Shown piece after piece: positions 48,098 through 58,216 of a DNA stretch of 64,000 bases. The stretch comes from Candidatus Roizmanbacteria bacterium (lineage in GTDB: Bacteria > Patescibacteriota > Microgenomatia > UBA1406). Every line of letters begins with the position of its first letter. Within the stretch, counting starts at the first letter, position 1. The DNA is taken from assembly GCA_024654535.1 (NCBI GenBank), contig JANLHL010000038.1:41581-105580 (forward strand), written 5' to 3'. Under the pieces are notes generated by a model. That model was not told the origin of the DNA. It saw nothing but the letters and a program-made list of their open reading frames with translations, and did no database searches. The translations under genes were made by a program, and so were the position numbers.

Positions 48098-49210
48098 ATG
48101 AAATTGCATCCATTTAAACTCGAGCGGTATTTTGCAAAATATGAATTTTCAGCGAAATATTTACTATGTTCTTCGGATTGCGATGGGCTTCTGATGAGTG
48201 ATCTTATCGGAATGGAAGATGCAGAGACACGAAAAATGTGGAATATGCTCGCGTTGGGGTATACGGAGTCGTTAGGGTATCCGGCACTTCGCGAAGAAAT
48301 TGCACATTTATATAGTGGAATATCAGTTGAAAATATACTTGAAGTAGTACCAGAAGAGGGAATATTTTTGGCATTACACGCGATTCTTGAAAAAGACGAT
48401 CATGTAATCTGTATGTTTCCAGGTTATCAGTCACTTTACGAAGTTGCACATGGCTTGGGTGCGACGGTAACAAAGTGGTATCCAGATGAATCAAAAGAAT
48501 GGCAGTTTGACATGGAGTTTCTTAAGAAAAACTGCACGAATAAGACAAAGCTTTTGATTATTAATTTTCCTCATAATCCTACAGGCTATCTCGCCTCAAA
48601 AAATGAGTTTGAAGAAATTATTACATTTGCGAAAGAGCACAATCTGTATATTTTGTCAGATGAAATGTATAGGTTTTTAGAATATGACGCACACAACAGG
48701 TTACCTTCTGCTTGTGAAGTATATGAAAAAGCTGTGAGTTTATTTGGTATGTCTAAGACATTTGGTATGGCAGGTGTTCGTACTGGATGGGTAATTACTA
48801 AAGATACCGAGTTGTATAAAACAATGGCAACGTTTAAAGATTACACAACTATTTGTTCAAGCGCACCGAGTGAAATTTTATCTCTAATAGCACTTCGCAA
48901 TAGAAAAACGATAATATCTCGACATCTAAAACGCATACAAAGAAATCTTTTATTACTCGATATTTTTTTTGAAAAATACAAAGACCTTTTTTCATGGGTA
49001 CGACCAAAAGCAGGCACGATAGCTTTCCCCGTATTGAAAAATGGAAAAAGTGCGGCAGAATTTTGTGATGAGGTTGTAAGAAATACAAGCATATTGTTGT
49101 TACCTAGCAATATATACGACTACGACGACAAACATTTTAGGATAGGTTTTGGTCGTGAAAACATGCCTGAAGTGCTTGAAAAATTAGATATGTATTTACA
49201 AAAAATATGA
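48098..49210 (+). CDS. Class I/II PLP-dependent aminotransferase
   Basis: INFPHNPTG, SDEMY, MSKTFGMAGVRTGW. Confidence 0.92.
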   Translation: MKLHPFKLERYFAKYEFSAKYLLCSSDCDGLLMSDLIGMEDAETRKMWNMLALGYTESLGYPALREEIAHLYSGISVENILEVVPEEGIFLALHAILEKDDHVICMFPGYQSLYEVAHGLGATVTKWYPDESKEWQFDMEFLKKNCTNKTKLLIINFPHNPTGYLASKNEFEEIITFAKEHNLYILSDEMYRFLEYDAHNRLPSACEVYEKAVSLFGMSKTFGMAGVRTGWVITKDTELYKTMATFKDYTTICSSAPSEILSLIALRNRKTIISRHLKRIQRNLLLLDIFFEKYKDLFSWVRPKAGTIAFPVLKNGKSAAEFCDEVVRNTSILLLPSNIYDYDDKHFRIGFGRENMPEVLEKLDMYLQKI

Positions 49211-50190
49211 AAAAACTATACCCAGCAAAGCTACAAAAAGGTGACATGGTACGAGTAATTGCACCCTCTCGCACAGTAGCAATAATTACTCCTAATAGTC
49301 GCGCTATAGCTAACAAGCGATTTGAAGACATGGGTTTGCATCTCACATTTGGGAAGCATATTGAAGAAAAAGACGATTTTTTTTCCTCTTCTATTGCTTC
49401 TCGTATTGATGATTTGCACAGTGCATTTGCCGACCCGCAGGTAAAGGCAATCTTTACCGTTATCGGTGGATTTAACAGCAATCAACTATTTCGCTCCATA
49501 GATTGGGAACTTTTACAAAAGAACCCAAAAATTTTATGCGGATTTTCAGATATTACCGCACTTAACAATGCTGTTTTTGCAAAGACAGGATTAGTAACGT
49601 ATTCAGGCCCACACTATTCAACTTTTGGTCAGAAGCTGCACATGGATTACACAATCGATTATTTTATAAAGTGCTTCTTTAGTACTGAACCAATTCAGGT
49701 AGAGCCAAGCACGCAGTGGAGCGATGATGATTGGTGGATGAATCAAGATAGGCGGAAACTCATTAAAAACAATGGATACGAATGTATTCATGAAGGAGCG
49801 GCAGAGGGTACGATTTTGGGTGCTAATCTTTGTACATTTAATTTATTGCAAGGTACCGAATATATGCCGAGTTTAAAGAACAGTATTTTATTTATAGAAG
49901 ACGATTATGAAAGTGTACCCCATACGTTTGATCGTGATTTGCAGTCGCTTATACATGTTCCCGGTTTTTCAGGTGTGCGTGGTATTGTCATAGGTCGTTT
50001 TCAGAAAGCAAGCAACATGACCAATAATTTGCTACAACAGATAATTAATTCTAAAAAGGAGCTTAGAGATATCCCTGTCATTGCACAAGCAGATTTTGGT
50101 CACACTGATCCAAAATTCACTTTTCCAGTAGGTGGCTACGCAAAAATACTAGCTGGGGAACACTTAAGGATTGAAATAACGGAACATTAG
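49207..50190 (+). CDS. Peptidase S66 (LD-carboxypeptidase/MccF-like)
   Basis: IGGFNS, GFSDIT, GANL, FIEDD, FGHTDP. Confidence 0.93.
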   Translation: MKKLYPAKLQKGDMVRVIAPSRTVAIITPNSRAIANKRFEDMGLHLTFGKHIEEKDDFFSSSIASRIDDLHSAFADPQVKAIFTVIGGFNSNQLFRSIDWELLQKNPKILCGFSDITALNNAVFAKTGLVTYSGPHYSTFGQKLHMDYTIDYFIKCFFSTEPIQVEPSTQWSDDDWWMNQDRRKLIKNNGYECIHEGAAEGTILGANLCTFNLLQGTEYMPSLKNSILFIEDDYESVPHTFDRDLQSLIHVPGFSGVRGIVIGRFQKASNMTNNLLQQIINSKKELRDIPVIAQADFGHTDPKFTFPVGGYAKILAGEHLRIEITEH

Positions 50191-50465
50191 CGACGAGGAT
50201 TTTTTCTATTCATTTCAGCAATTTTTTGTCTGAGTAGATACACTGCCTGTTCTTCTTGAGTTTGTATAGATTGTTGGTGATTTCTCGTTTGAATAAGACC
50301 ATGTTGAACTTGGGCCGAAAGAATTTCCTGGAGAGTTTGAGGATCAGGGTGGTCGCCACAATTAGTTTCTGTAACAGTAGGTGCTTGAGGTGTCACACCT
50401 TGTTTCCATGCTTGATAAGCAAATCTGCTATTTTCGGTTGTTATATGTCTATTGTAATCCTCCAT
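50187..50465 (-). CDS. Hypothetical protein
   Basis: 92-aa ORF filling the gap between convergent/divergent genes. Confidence 0.5.
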   Translation of the reverse strand: MEDYNRHITTENSRFAYQAWKQGVTPQAPTVTETNCGDHPDPQTLQEILSAQVQHGLIQTRNHQQSIQTQEEQAVYLLRQKIAEMNRKNPRR

Positions 50466-50525
50466 TCATGCATTGCAATACTATTTTGTTGGACATACAA
50501 AAAAATACGGTATAGTACTTATTCT

Positions 50526-50963
50526 ATGAATAAAAGTATTTTGATTTCTGGTATTGCGGTGCTTGTGTTGGTAGGTATGTACATTTTTTTGAGACCGTCT
50601 AAAAAGGCAGAGGTGGAAAAAGGAGGTATATCACCGACAAAAACTATGAGTGCAACAACTACCCCATCGGCGAGTGAAAGTGGTACTATGATGGAAACAA
50701 ACGTGAAAAAAACGTTTACTATTGCAGAGGTTAAAAAACACAGTACTACAGAAGACTGTTATCTTGCAATAGAGGGGAAAATATACGATGTGACCAAATT
50801 TATAGAATCAAATAAACACCCAGGAGGTGAAGCGATAGTACAGGGATGTGGTACAGACGCAACAAAACTCTTTAACACTCGGCCTATGGGCTCAGGTACG
50901 CCACATTCAGACAAAGCACGAGATTTTTTGCCAAGCTTCTACATCGGGGATTTAGCGAAATAA
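50526..50963 (+). CDS. Membrane-anchored cytochrome b5-like heme-binding protein
   Basis: EVKKHS..DCYLAIEGKIYDVTKF..HPGG..GTDAT..PHS. Start moved to MNKSIL. Confidence 0.9.
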   Translation: MNKSILISGIAVLVLVGMYIFLRPSKKAEVEKGGISPTKTMSATTTPSASESGTMMETNVKKTFTIAEVKKHSTTEDCYLAIEGKIYDVTKFIESNKHPGGEAIVQGCGTDATKLFNTRPMGSGTPHSDKARDFLPSFYIGDLAK

Positions 50964-50968
50964 AGAAT

Positions 50969-51520
50969 CTATAAAAATCGAGGAGTTTGTTTTTTGTATG
51001 TTTCGTATTCTTTTCCAAAATGTTTTTCCAATAATATTTCCTCGCGTTTTACCGCGTTGTTAAAGTACCAGTACACAGCATAGACGGTGAAAAAGAGCAT
51101 GCTCCGCAAAGAGAATGCAAAACCAACACTCATCATAATCAAACCAACATAAATAGGATTTCTAGTAAAGCGAAATGGACCATTTGTAATAAGTTTATTT
51201 TGTCTTTTAATATCAAGCTGAGCAGGTACTCCCCATACGCGCTTCATGGTAAATTTTGCCCACACGGCAAGTGTAAGTCCTGCAATAAAACCAATGAGCC
51301 CAATAGCAACAACAAGATCATTAAAAATTCCAGCATATACAGGTAAATATATATGACCAATCACTTGAAGTAAGCTGTGACTTATTTGAATAAGAAATGT
51401 TTTTTGACCACCGAAACCTGAATAATGACGCAATCTTTCGTGTACGGGTCGAGGATCTGTCCTGAACCATATTGTTCCCAAAGTGATAAAGCCAAGTGCA
51501 AGTATAGTATATACAACCAT
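50969..51520 (-). CDS. Isoprenylcysteine carboxyl methyltransferase family protein
   Basis: LITNGPFRFTRNPIYVG, EEILLEKHFGKEYETY..PR. Confidence 0.9.
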   Translation of the reverse strand: MVVYTILALGFITLGTIWFRTDPRPVHERLRHYSGFGGQKTFLIQISHSLLQVIGHIYLPVYAGIFNDLVVAIGLIGFIAGLTLAVWAKFTMKRVWGVPAQLDIKRQNKLITNGPFRFTRNPIYVGLIMMSVGFAFSLRSMLFFTVYAVYWYFNNAVKREEILLEKHFGKEYETYKKQTPRFL

Positions 51521-51585
51521 GAACCTAAGTATAACAAGACTATTTCATTTTTTTTCAAAAATCATAAGTATGATAGTATCTAAGT

Positions 51586-52071
51586 ATGAAAAAACGGAAT
51601 ATTTTAGTAACGCTTGAATGTTTTGTACATAAGAACGGTAAATACCTGATGCTGCATAGAAACACAGATAAACGCATCATGCCCGGTGTATGGATGGCGC
51701 CAGGTGGCAAGCGCGAGTTTAATGAAGGTTTATTTGAAGCAACACGAAGAGAGATATTTGAAGAAACGGGACTTACTATAAAAAATTTGCGAGTAAAAGT
51801 TGCAGCAAATGCATATATGAAAGATATCGATCAAGAGGTATTTTTCCATTTTGTATTTGCGGACTATGCTGGTGGAACCGTAAAAAAAAGCCCTGAAGAT
51901 GGAGAACTAAAATGGCTAACTCCTCAAGAAATAGGCAAGCTAGATAATCTTATAGCTGAAATAAGAAACATTCTTCCTCAACTATTTACGAGCACAGGGA
52001 TACTATCGTATACAGCGGTGTATGAAAAAGGAAATATACTTACTTCGTTTCACTTAGAAGACTCAAAATAA
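51586..52071 (+). CDS. NUDIX hydrolase (MutT-like)
   Basis: PGGKREFNEGLFEATRREIFEETGL. Confidence 0.92.
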   Translation: MKKRNILVTLECFVHKNGKYLMLHRNTDKRIMPGVWMAPGGKREFNEGLFEATRREIFEETGLTIKNLRVKVAANAYMKDIDQEVFFHFVFADYAGGTVKKSPEDGELKWLTPQEIGKLDNLIAEIRNILPQLFTSTGILSYTAVYEKGNILTSFHLEDSK

Positions 52072-52094
52072 TTAGTCACAGATTTTAAAAATAG

Positions 52095-52538
52095 CTATTC
52101 GAATATTATTTTATCTAGATCACCATTCAGAAATATAGGTAAAATACCCATAATTTCCTCAAAATTTGGTGCAGATTCAGGTACTGAGTTTAAAATATAA
52201 ATAGGTTTTTTTAAGTGAAACGCAAGCCCCATTTCCATAAGGGTATTACCACCAATATAGCCTTTAATATCGTGTTTTATATTATTGACGACCAGTATTG
52301 CATCTCCTTCAACAATTTTGTCGAAATGGTGCTGAATAAGAAGCGCCTTTTTTGGAAAATCTTGTTTTGAGGTTTGCCACGTTTTATAGTGAGAAACATC
52401 AAAGTCATTCGCGGCGTGCATTTTTTGTGCTGTTTCAGGCAAAAGAATAGTGAAACCTTTTTTTTCAAGTTGTACAGAGATAGCTATACATTCTCTAAAA
52501 AAAGCTGCACTTGAACAAATAGTTATGATTTTTTCCAT
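52095..52538 (-). CDS. Nucleoside 2-deoxyribosyltransferase-like protein
   Basis: IITICSS, DAILVVN, YIGGNTLMEMGLAFHLKKPIY. Confidence 0.65.
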   Translation of the reverse strand: MEKIITICSSAAFFRECIAISVQLEKKGFTILLPETAQKMHAANDFDVSHYKTWQTSKQDFPKKALLIQHHFDKIVEGDAILVVNNIKHDIKGYIGGNTLMEMGLAFHLKKPIYILNSVPESAPNFEEIMGILPIFLNGDLDKIIFE

Positions 52539-52612
52539 TAGTTTATGCAATACTACTACAAAAAAAGCACGCAGACAAGATTTTTTCTCGCCAATCGTAT
52601 AGAATAGGGCAG

Positions 52613-53638
52613 ATGGTAGACGTATCTTTAATTGTAATTGTGCTGTTGGTTTTAGTGATCGTAATTGGTGTGATTCTTTACTTTAGGCGTTCTGGTCAGT
52701 CAAATTCTCCTGAAATGCTTGAGTATCTCAAGCAAACCATGCAGACAGTGCACGAAACGAATAGACGATACGATGAACTTACCCATATGGTATCGAAGCA
52801 GCTTGCAGATCAGAGCACGGGCTTTTTTTCGACGCTTCAAAAAAATTCTGCCGACATGAACCAGCGGTTAGATAAAGCAGCAGAAGTTATAGGAGCAGTA
52901 CAAAAAAATATTGGAGAACTTTCAGAAGTTGGCAGAAGTATAAAAGATCTCCAAGACTATTTGCGCAGCCCAAAACTACGTGGCAACATAGGAGAGCATA
53001 TTTTAGTTGAAGCGCTGCGCCAGCTTTTGCCTCGTGAGTTGTACGAAATACAGTATGCGTTTCCTTCGGGCGAGACGGTCGACGCAATTATCAAAATTGG
53101 AGATATGTATATTCCCATCGATTCGAAGTTCCCAATGGAAAATTTTACCAAAATGAATAAAACGCACGCTGAAGAGAAAAAACAAGCACAAAAACAGTTC
53201 TTTATAGATGTGCGTAAACACATAGCAGACATTGCCAGAAAATACATATCTGCAAATGCAAAAACGGTAAATTATGCACTCATGTATGTTCCTTCGGAAT
53301 CAATATATTATGAAATCATTCAACATGACGATATATTTAACCTGAGCCGCGACAAATCGGTACTTTTGGTGTCGCCTATGAGTTTCAATGCTTTTTTACG
53401 AGCAGTACTTATGTCTTTACAGGGTATCCGTGTTCAAAAGAAAGCTCGTGAAATCTTATCTATTCTTGAGTCGACGAGAAAAGAGTATGAGAAAATAGAT
53501 GAGGCACTTGGCGTACTTGAAAAACATTTCGGAAATGCGTACAACCAGCTGCAAAATGTTAACAAGTTTTTTATGCGTTTGGGAACCAAATTAGAACAAA
53601 CGAAACATGTGGAATTACCAGTGCCAGAGGAAGAGTAA
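52613..53638 (+). CDS. rmuC: DNA recombination protein RmuC
   Basis: TM plus coiled coil, KLRGNIGE, IPIDSKFP, ALMYVPSE. Confidence 0.92.
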   Translation: MVDVSLIVIVLLVLVIVIGVILYFRRSGQSNSPEMLEYLKQTMQTVHETNRRYDELTHMVSKQLADQSTGFFSTLQKNSADMNQRLDKAAEVIGAVQKNIGELSEVGRSIKDLQDYLRSPKLRGNIGEHILVEALRQLLPRELYEIQYAFPSGETVDAIIKIGDMYIPIDSKFPMENFTKMNKTHAEEKKQAQKQFFIDVRKHIADIARKYISANAKTVNYALMYVPSESIYYEIIQHDDIFNLSRDKSVLLVSPMSFNAFLRAVLMSLQGIRVQKKAREILSILESTRKEYEKIDEALGVLEKHFGNAYNQLQNVNKFFMRLGTKLEQTKHVELPVPEEE

Positions 53639-53646
53639 GAAAATTT

Positions 53647-56583
53647 ATGAAACTCAACAAAAACCAAAAGCAGGCAGTGGATTATATACAAGGTCCCTGT
53701 TTGATTATAGCAGGTGCAGGTACTGGGAAAACGAGTGTACTTACCGAGAAGATTAAGAATATAATCCTGAATGGTCACGCACGTGCTCAAGAAGTCTTAG
53801 CACTCACTTTTACCGAAAAGGCGGCAAGCGAAATGGAAGAGCGCGTCGATAAGGCGTTGCCCTATGGTTATTACCAAACTTCCATTGGTACGTTTCACAG
53901 TTTTTCCGACACACTCCTTCGACAGTGGGGAGTAGATATAGGGATACCACCATCATTTCGCATACTGACTGAGGTAGATGCTGTTTCTTTTTTCAGACGT
54001 ACTATGCATAAGTTCAAACTTAACTATTTTCATAGTACCGGGAACCCACATGGATTTATTGCTTCAGTACTGACCCATTTTTCACGCCTCAGAGATGAGA
54101 ATATTTCAACAAAAGAGTATGCGCTCTATGCAAAAGAGTTAAAAAAAAAGGCTACAACAGACGAGTTAAAACAAGAAGCGCAGAAAATAAACGAGCTAGC
54201 ACTTATATATCAAACTTATGAAAAACTTAAACTATCTGAAAACGTGCTCGATTTTTCTGATCTTGTTTATTTTGCACTTAAGCTTATTAAGAAGAGGAAA
54301 AATATCCGTTCTCTGTTACAGAAGCAGTATCGCTACTGTTTAGTAGACGAGTTTCAAGATACTAATATTGTTCAATACGATCTTATTAGCATGTTATTTC
54401 CTCCTGCAAAAAAAACGAATCTTACTGTTATCGGTGACGACAATCAATCTATATACAAATTTCGTGGCGCGAGTGTTTCTAACATCCTCAACTTTAAACA
54501 TGATTATACATATGCCAAACTTTTTGTTTTAAATGATAATTACCGTTCAACACAAGAAATCTTAGATGCATCATATGCGCTCGTACAACACAATAATCCA
54601 GATACACTAGAGGCGCGGCTTGGTATCAGTAAAAAACTTATTGCAGATAAAGGAGTAGGTAAAAAAAAACCAACACTGATCCATGGTCTTACGAGCGAAG
54701 ATGAGGCTGAAGCTGTTGCGATGAAAATTATGTCTTGTGTGAAGAATGGGTATGCATATCAAGATATCGCCATATTGGTTCGTGCGAATGACCACGCAAA
54801 GGCTGTTATTCAAGCATTAGAAAGACAAAATATCCCGTTTCAATTTTTGGGCCCGAGCTTACTCTATTACAAAAATAAAGTACGAGATTGCATAGCTTAT
54901 TTACGGTTTGTTGCAAATCCACTTGATTCTTCTGCTTTATTTCGTGTGTTATCCATGCAGGTTTTAGCACTTTCACGGATCGACATGAATTACCTATTAC
55001 AATTTTCAAGGAGGATTGGAAGATCGTTGTTTGAATCGTTGGACGCGATTGTACAACTTTCATTTGGTGTACGTGCAGAAGAAGTTGAGAAACTACGAGA
55101 ATATAGCCCATTTCTTACTCAAAAAACAAAAGAGAAACTGAGGGATTATTTCTCTGTCCTTTCGCAGGGAGTTACTGAAGCAGGCGACAGAAGTGCTATT
55201 CGAGTACTTTATAATTTCTTTGAACGAAGTGGCTATTTACAATATCTTGCTCAGATACAATCGCAGAAGCAACAAAAAGAACTTGAAAACATAACGCAAT
55301 TTTTTAATAGGCTGAAGGCAATGGAGGGTAAGAATGGAGAGCCAACGGTGTCAGAAGTAATGTATGCGATCGATTTAGCACTTGAACTAGGGGATTCACC
55401 TCGAGTACAAGAAATGGATACTAAACGTGAAAATGCGGTAAATATTCTTACCGTGCATTCTGCAAAGGGTCTTGAGTTTCCAGTTGTTTTTTTAATGAGT
55501 CTTGTAAGCGATCGTTTTCCAACCAGACTACGTAGTGAAAAACTGCCCATACCCGAAGCGCTTATTAAAGAGTCGCTGCCGCAGGGAGATTTTCATATAC
55601 AGGAAGAACGACGATTGTTTTATGTAGGGATGACACGAGCGAAAGATGAGTTATATTTAAGTTTTGCAGATTACTATGCATCAGGCAAAAGAAAAAAGAA
55701 ATTATCACCATTCGTTGTAGAAGCGCTCGGGGAAAAAGAAGTTGCACTAGCATTATTAGCGAAGCCACATCAAAAAGATCAACTGACAATCTTTAGTATG
55801 TATGAGGACGTTGTTACCAAAGATATGCCTGTAGAGTATGGCATAGAACGGTACTCGTATTCACAAATTGGTGTTTTTGATACGTGTCCGCTGCAATATA
55901 AATATCGTTACTTACTAAAAGTTCCGGAACCGGATTCACCCGCTTTGTCCTTTGGATCAAGTATGCATAAAGCGCTGGAAAGTTTTTATCGTGATGTAAA
56001 AAAAGGTAATGCCCCAAAGTTAAAACAGCTGCAAACCTATTTTAAACAACATTTTATTCCTGTTGGTTATGTTTCCGAAGATGAAAGAAAAAAGGCGCTA
56101 CTGCATGGGTTGGATTTATTAAAGAATTACTATAAAACCTACCACCATACACATGGGGAGATCCAAGACATTGAACGGAAATTCACATTGAAATTATTTG
56201 AAGACGAAAAGGAATTTGTAGTCCAAGGGAAAATAGACAGAATTGATAAGCACGGAGAGATATATGAAATAATCGACTACAAAACAGGTTCGATGCCGAA
56301 GGAATACTTTTTGAAAAAATCTTTACAAATGGGTCTGTACGCACTCGCTGCTATGGATGGACATGTTCTTGCGATCAAGCAGGATAAATTATTACTGTCA
56401 TACGTATATTTGGATAGTAATGAAAAATTTACAATGAAGGCGTCTGAAAGAAATATGTCAGAAACAAAGTCGGCAATAGTAAGTGCACTAAAAACGATCG
56501 AACAAGGTTCATTTCCACCAAAGGTTGGTAGACATTGTGAATGGTGTGCGTTTAAAATTATTTGTCCTGCCTGGGGGAATTAG
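53647..56583 (+). CDS. UvrD/PcrA-family helicase fused to a PD-(D/E)xK nuclease
   Basis: AGAGTGKT, VDEFQD, GDDNQSIYKFRGA, TVHSAKGLEF, EERRLFYVGMTRA; GKIDRID..IIDYKTG; Cys set CP...CxxC..CP. Confidence 0.93.
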   Translation: MKLNKNQKQAVDYIQGPCLIIAGAGTGKTSVLTEKIKNIILNGHARAQEVLALTFTEKAASEMEERVDKALPYGYYQTSIGTFHSFSDTLLRQWGVDIGIPPSFRILTEVDAVSFFRRTMHKFKLNYFHSTGNPHGFIASVLTHFSRLRDENISTKEYALYAKELKKKATTDELKQEAQKINELALIYQTYEKLKLSENVLDFSDLVYFALKLIKKRKNIRSLLQKQYRYCLVDEFQDTNIVQYDLISMLFPPAKKTNLTVIGDDNQSIYKFRGASVSNILNFKHDYTYAKLFVLNDNYRSTQEILDASYALVQHNNPDTLEARLGISKKLIADKGVGKKKPTLIHGLTSEDEAEAVAMKIMSCVKNGYAYQDIAILVRANDHAKAVIQALERQNIPFQFLGPSLLYYKNKVRDCIAYLRFVANPLDSSALFRVLSMQVLALSRIDMNYLLQFSRRIGRSLFESLDAIVQLSFGVRAEEVEKLREYSPFLTQKTKEKLRDYFSVLSQGVTEAGDRSAIRVLYNFFERSGYLQYLAQIQSQKQQKELENITQFFNRLKAMEGKNGEPTVSEVMYAIDLALELGDSPRVQEMDTKRENAVNILTVHSAKGLEFPVVFLMSLVSDRFPTRLRSEKLPIPEALIKESLPQGDFHIQEERRLFYVGMTRAKDELYLSFADYYASGKRKKKLSPFVVEALGEKEVALALLAKPHQKDQLTIFSMYEDVVTKDMPVEYGIERYSYSQIGVFDTCPLQYKYRYLLKVPEPDSPALSFGSSMHKALESFYRDVKKGNAPKLKQLQTYFKQHFIPVGYVSEDERKKALLHGLDLLKNYYKTYHHTHGEIQDIERKFTLKLFEDEKEFVVQGKIDRIDKHGEIYEIIDYKTGSMPKEYFLKKSLQMGLYALAAMDGHVLAIKQDKLLLSYVYLDSNEKFTMKASERNMSETKSAIVSALKTIEQGSFPPKVGRHCEWCAFKIICPAWGN

Positions 56584-56618
56584 TAGCAAAAAGTCTAAAA
56601 AAGAAAAATATAAGTACA

Positions 56619-57554
56619 ATGGATAAAAATCGAACAAAAAATACGCTCCTCATCGACGGTTCTGCAATAGTTCACAGAGCGTACCATGCATTACCACCTT
56701 TCACAAGTTCTGATGGCACACCGACGAATGCTTTGTACGGTTTTATAACAATGTTCTTGGGTATGGTCGATATGTTTCGCCCGTCATATCTGGCTGTTTG
56801 TTTAGATACTCCAAAACCAACATTTAGGAAAAAAATACTTTCCACATACCAGGCACAGCGCCCAAAAGCTCCAGAGAATTTAAGTCTTCAGTTTCCACTC
56901 GTTATTGAATTTTTGAAAGTATCACACATCCCTGGGATAGCAAAGGCAGGTTTTGAAGCGGATGATGTTATGGCTACACTCTCAGAACTTGTTCAGAAAA
57001 ATGTTCCTGATTCCCATATTTATATTGTGACTGGCGATAAAGATATACTTCAACTGGTCAATGATGGAGTAACGGTAGTCATGCCTAAATCTGGTATTCG
57101 CAATGTCGATCTCATGGATAGCACAGCAGTTTACAAAAAATTAGGGATACAGCCATCGCAAGTAGTCGATTATAAAACTCTAGCGGGGGACCCATCGGAC
57201 AACTATAGTGGAGTTACCGGTATTGGTCCAAAGAAGGCATCTACGTTACTATCGCGCTATGGGACAGTAGAAAATATATATAAACACCTCAATGAAATAG
57301 AAGTCAATATAGCGCAAGCGTTAAAAACGTATGAAAATAACGCATTAATCGCAAAGGAGCTTGCTCAGTTAAAAATGAATGTTGCAATAGATACGTCTAT
57401 ACAAGATTTAATATACACAGGGTTACACACAGAACAAATGCTTCCTTTTTTGCACAAGTATACGCTTAAATCGATAGAGAAGAGAATTATGGCAGAGAAG
57501 AGTGAGGTGAATACCAGTGGTAAAAAACAGAAAAATCAATTATCATTTTTCTAA
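56619..57554 (+). CDS. Stand-alone 5'-3' exonuclease (PolA N-terminal/flap endonuclease)
   Basis: LLIDGS, FEADD, TGDKD, GDPSDN..GIGPK. Confidence 0.92.
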   Translation: MDKNRTKNTLLIDGSAIVHRAYHALPPFTSSDGTPTNALYGFITMFLGMVDMFRPSYLAVCLDTPKPTFRKKILSTYQAQRPKAPENLSLQFPLVIEFLKVSHIPGIAKAGFEADDVMATLSELVQKNVPDSHIYIVTGDKDILQLVNDGVTVVMPKSGIRNVDLMDSTAVYKKLGIQPSQVVDYKTLAGDPSDNYSGVTGIGPKKASTLLSRYGTVENIYKHLNEIEVNIAQALKTYENNALIAKELAQLKMNVAIDTSIQDLIYTGLHTEQMLPFLHKYTLKSIEKRIMAEKSEVNTSGKKQKNQLSFF

Positions 57555-58216
57555 TGAAGAAATCACATCCCGAAATGCAGATTGAGCGTCTTTTGACGGT
57601 GTGGGGGATTATAGTTATTTCTTGGAGTTTTTTCCGCGCGTATACTCAGATTCCACTCTGGGTAAGTGAATTTATTGCAAAACCTTTAATTTTTATAGGA
57701 CCTGTCTATTTTTATATAAAGAGATTTGAATCAAAAGGATCATTTGTTCGATCAATAGGTTTTCATGGGAAAAATATTTTTAAGGAATTTCTCCTTGCTC
57801 TAACGCTCATTTTTATACTTATTGTTGTTGGTTTTTTCAGTCTGTCCAAAAGCCCTTTGCTATCTTTAGCGAACGTACAAGTTCAGTGGGGTAAATTCTT
57901 ATTGGTAGCTGCTCTTGCAGTGGCAACGGCTTTATCCGAAGAGATCGTTGGAAGGGGTTTTTTATTCCAGTACTTATTTAAATATTCGAAAAGTTTTTTT
58001 ATATCATTTTTCCTCTCAATGCTTCTGTTCTTTATATTATATCTGCCGGGTGTACTTACATCAGGAGCAGGTGGTGGCATATTGCTTTTGAGTTTTGCGC
58101 TCAACATAATTATGACGACAATTTCCGTGGTTTTGTATAAGTTAAGGGGTAATCTATTACTGCCAATAGCTGTACATATGGCGATTCTTATTTGGTTTGA
58201 TTTGTTCTTGTTGTAA
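57554..58216 (+). CDS. CPBP (CAAX protease) family protein, partly degenerate
   Basis: EEIVGRGF and IAVH present; the middle His motif is replaced by FILYLP. Confidence 0.75.
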   Translation: MKKSHPEMQIERLLTVWGIIVISWSFFRAYTQIPLWVSEFIAKPLIFIGPVYFYIKRFESKGSFVRSIGFHGKNIFKEFLLALTLIFILIVVGFFSLSKSPLLSLANVQVQWGKFLLVAALAVATALSEEIVGRGFLFQYLFKYSKSFFISFFLSMLLFFILYLPGVLTSGAGGGILLLSFALNIIMTTISVVLYKLRGNLLLPIAVHMAILIWFDLFLL

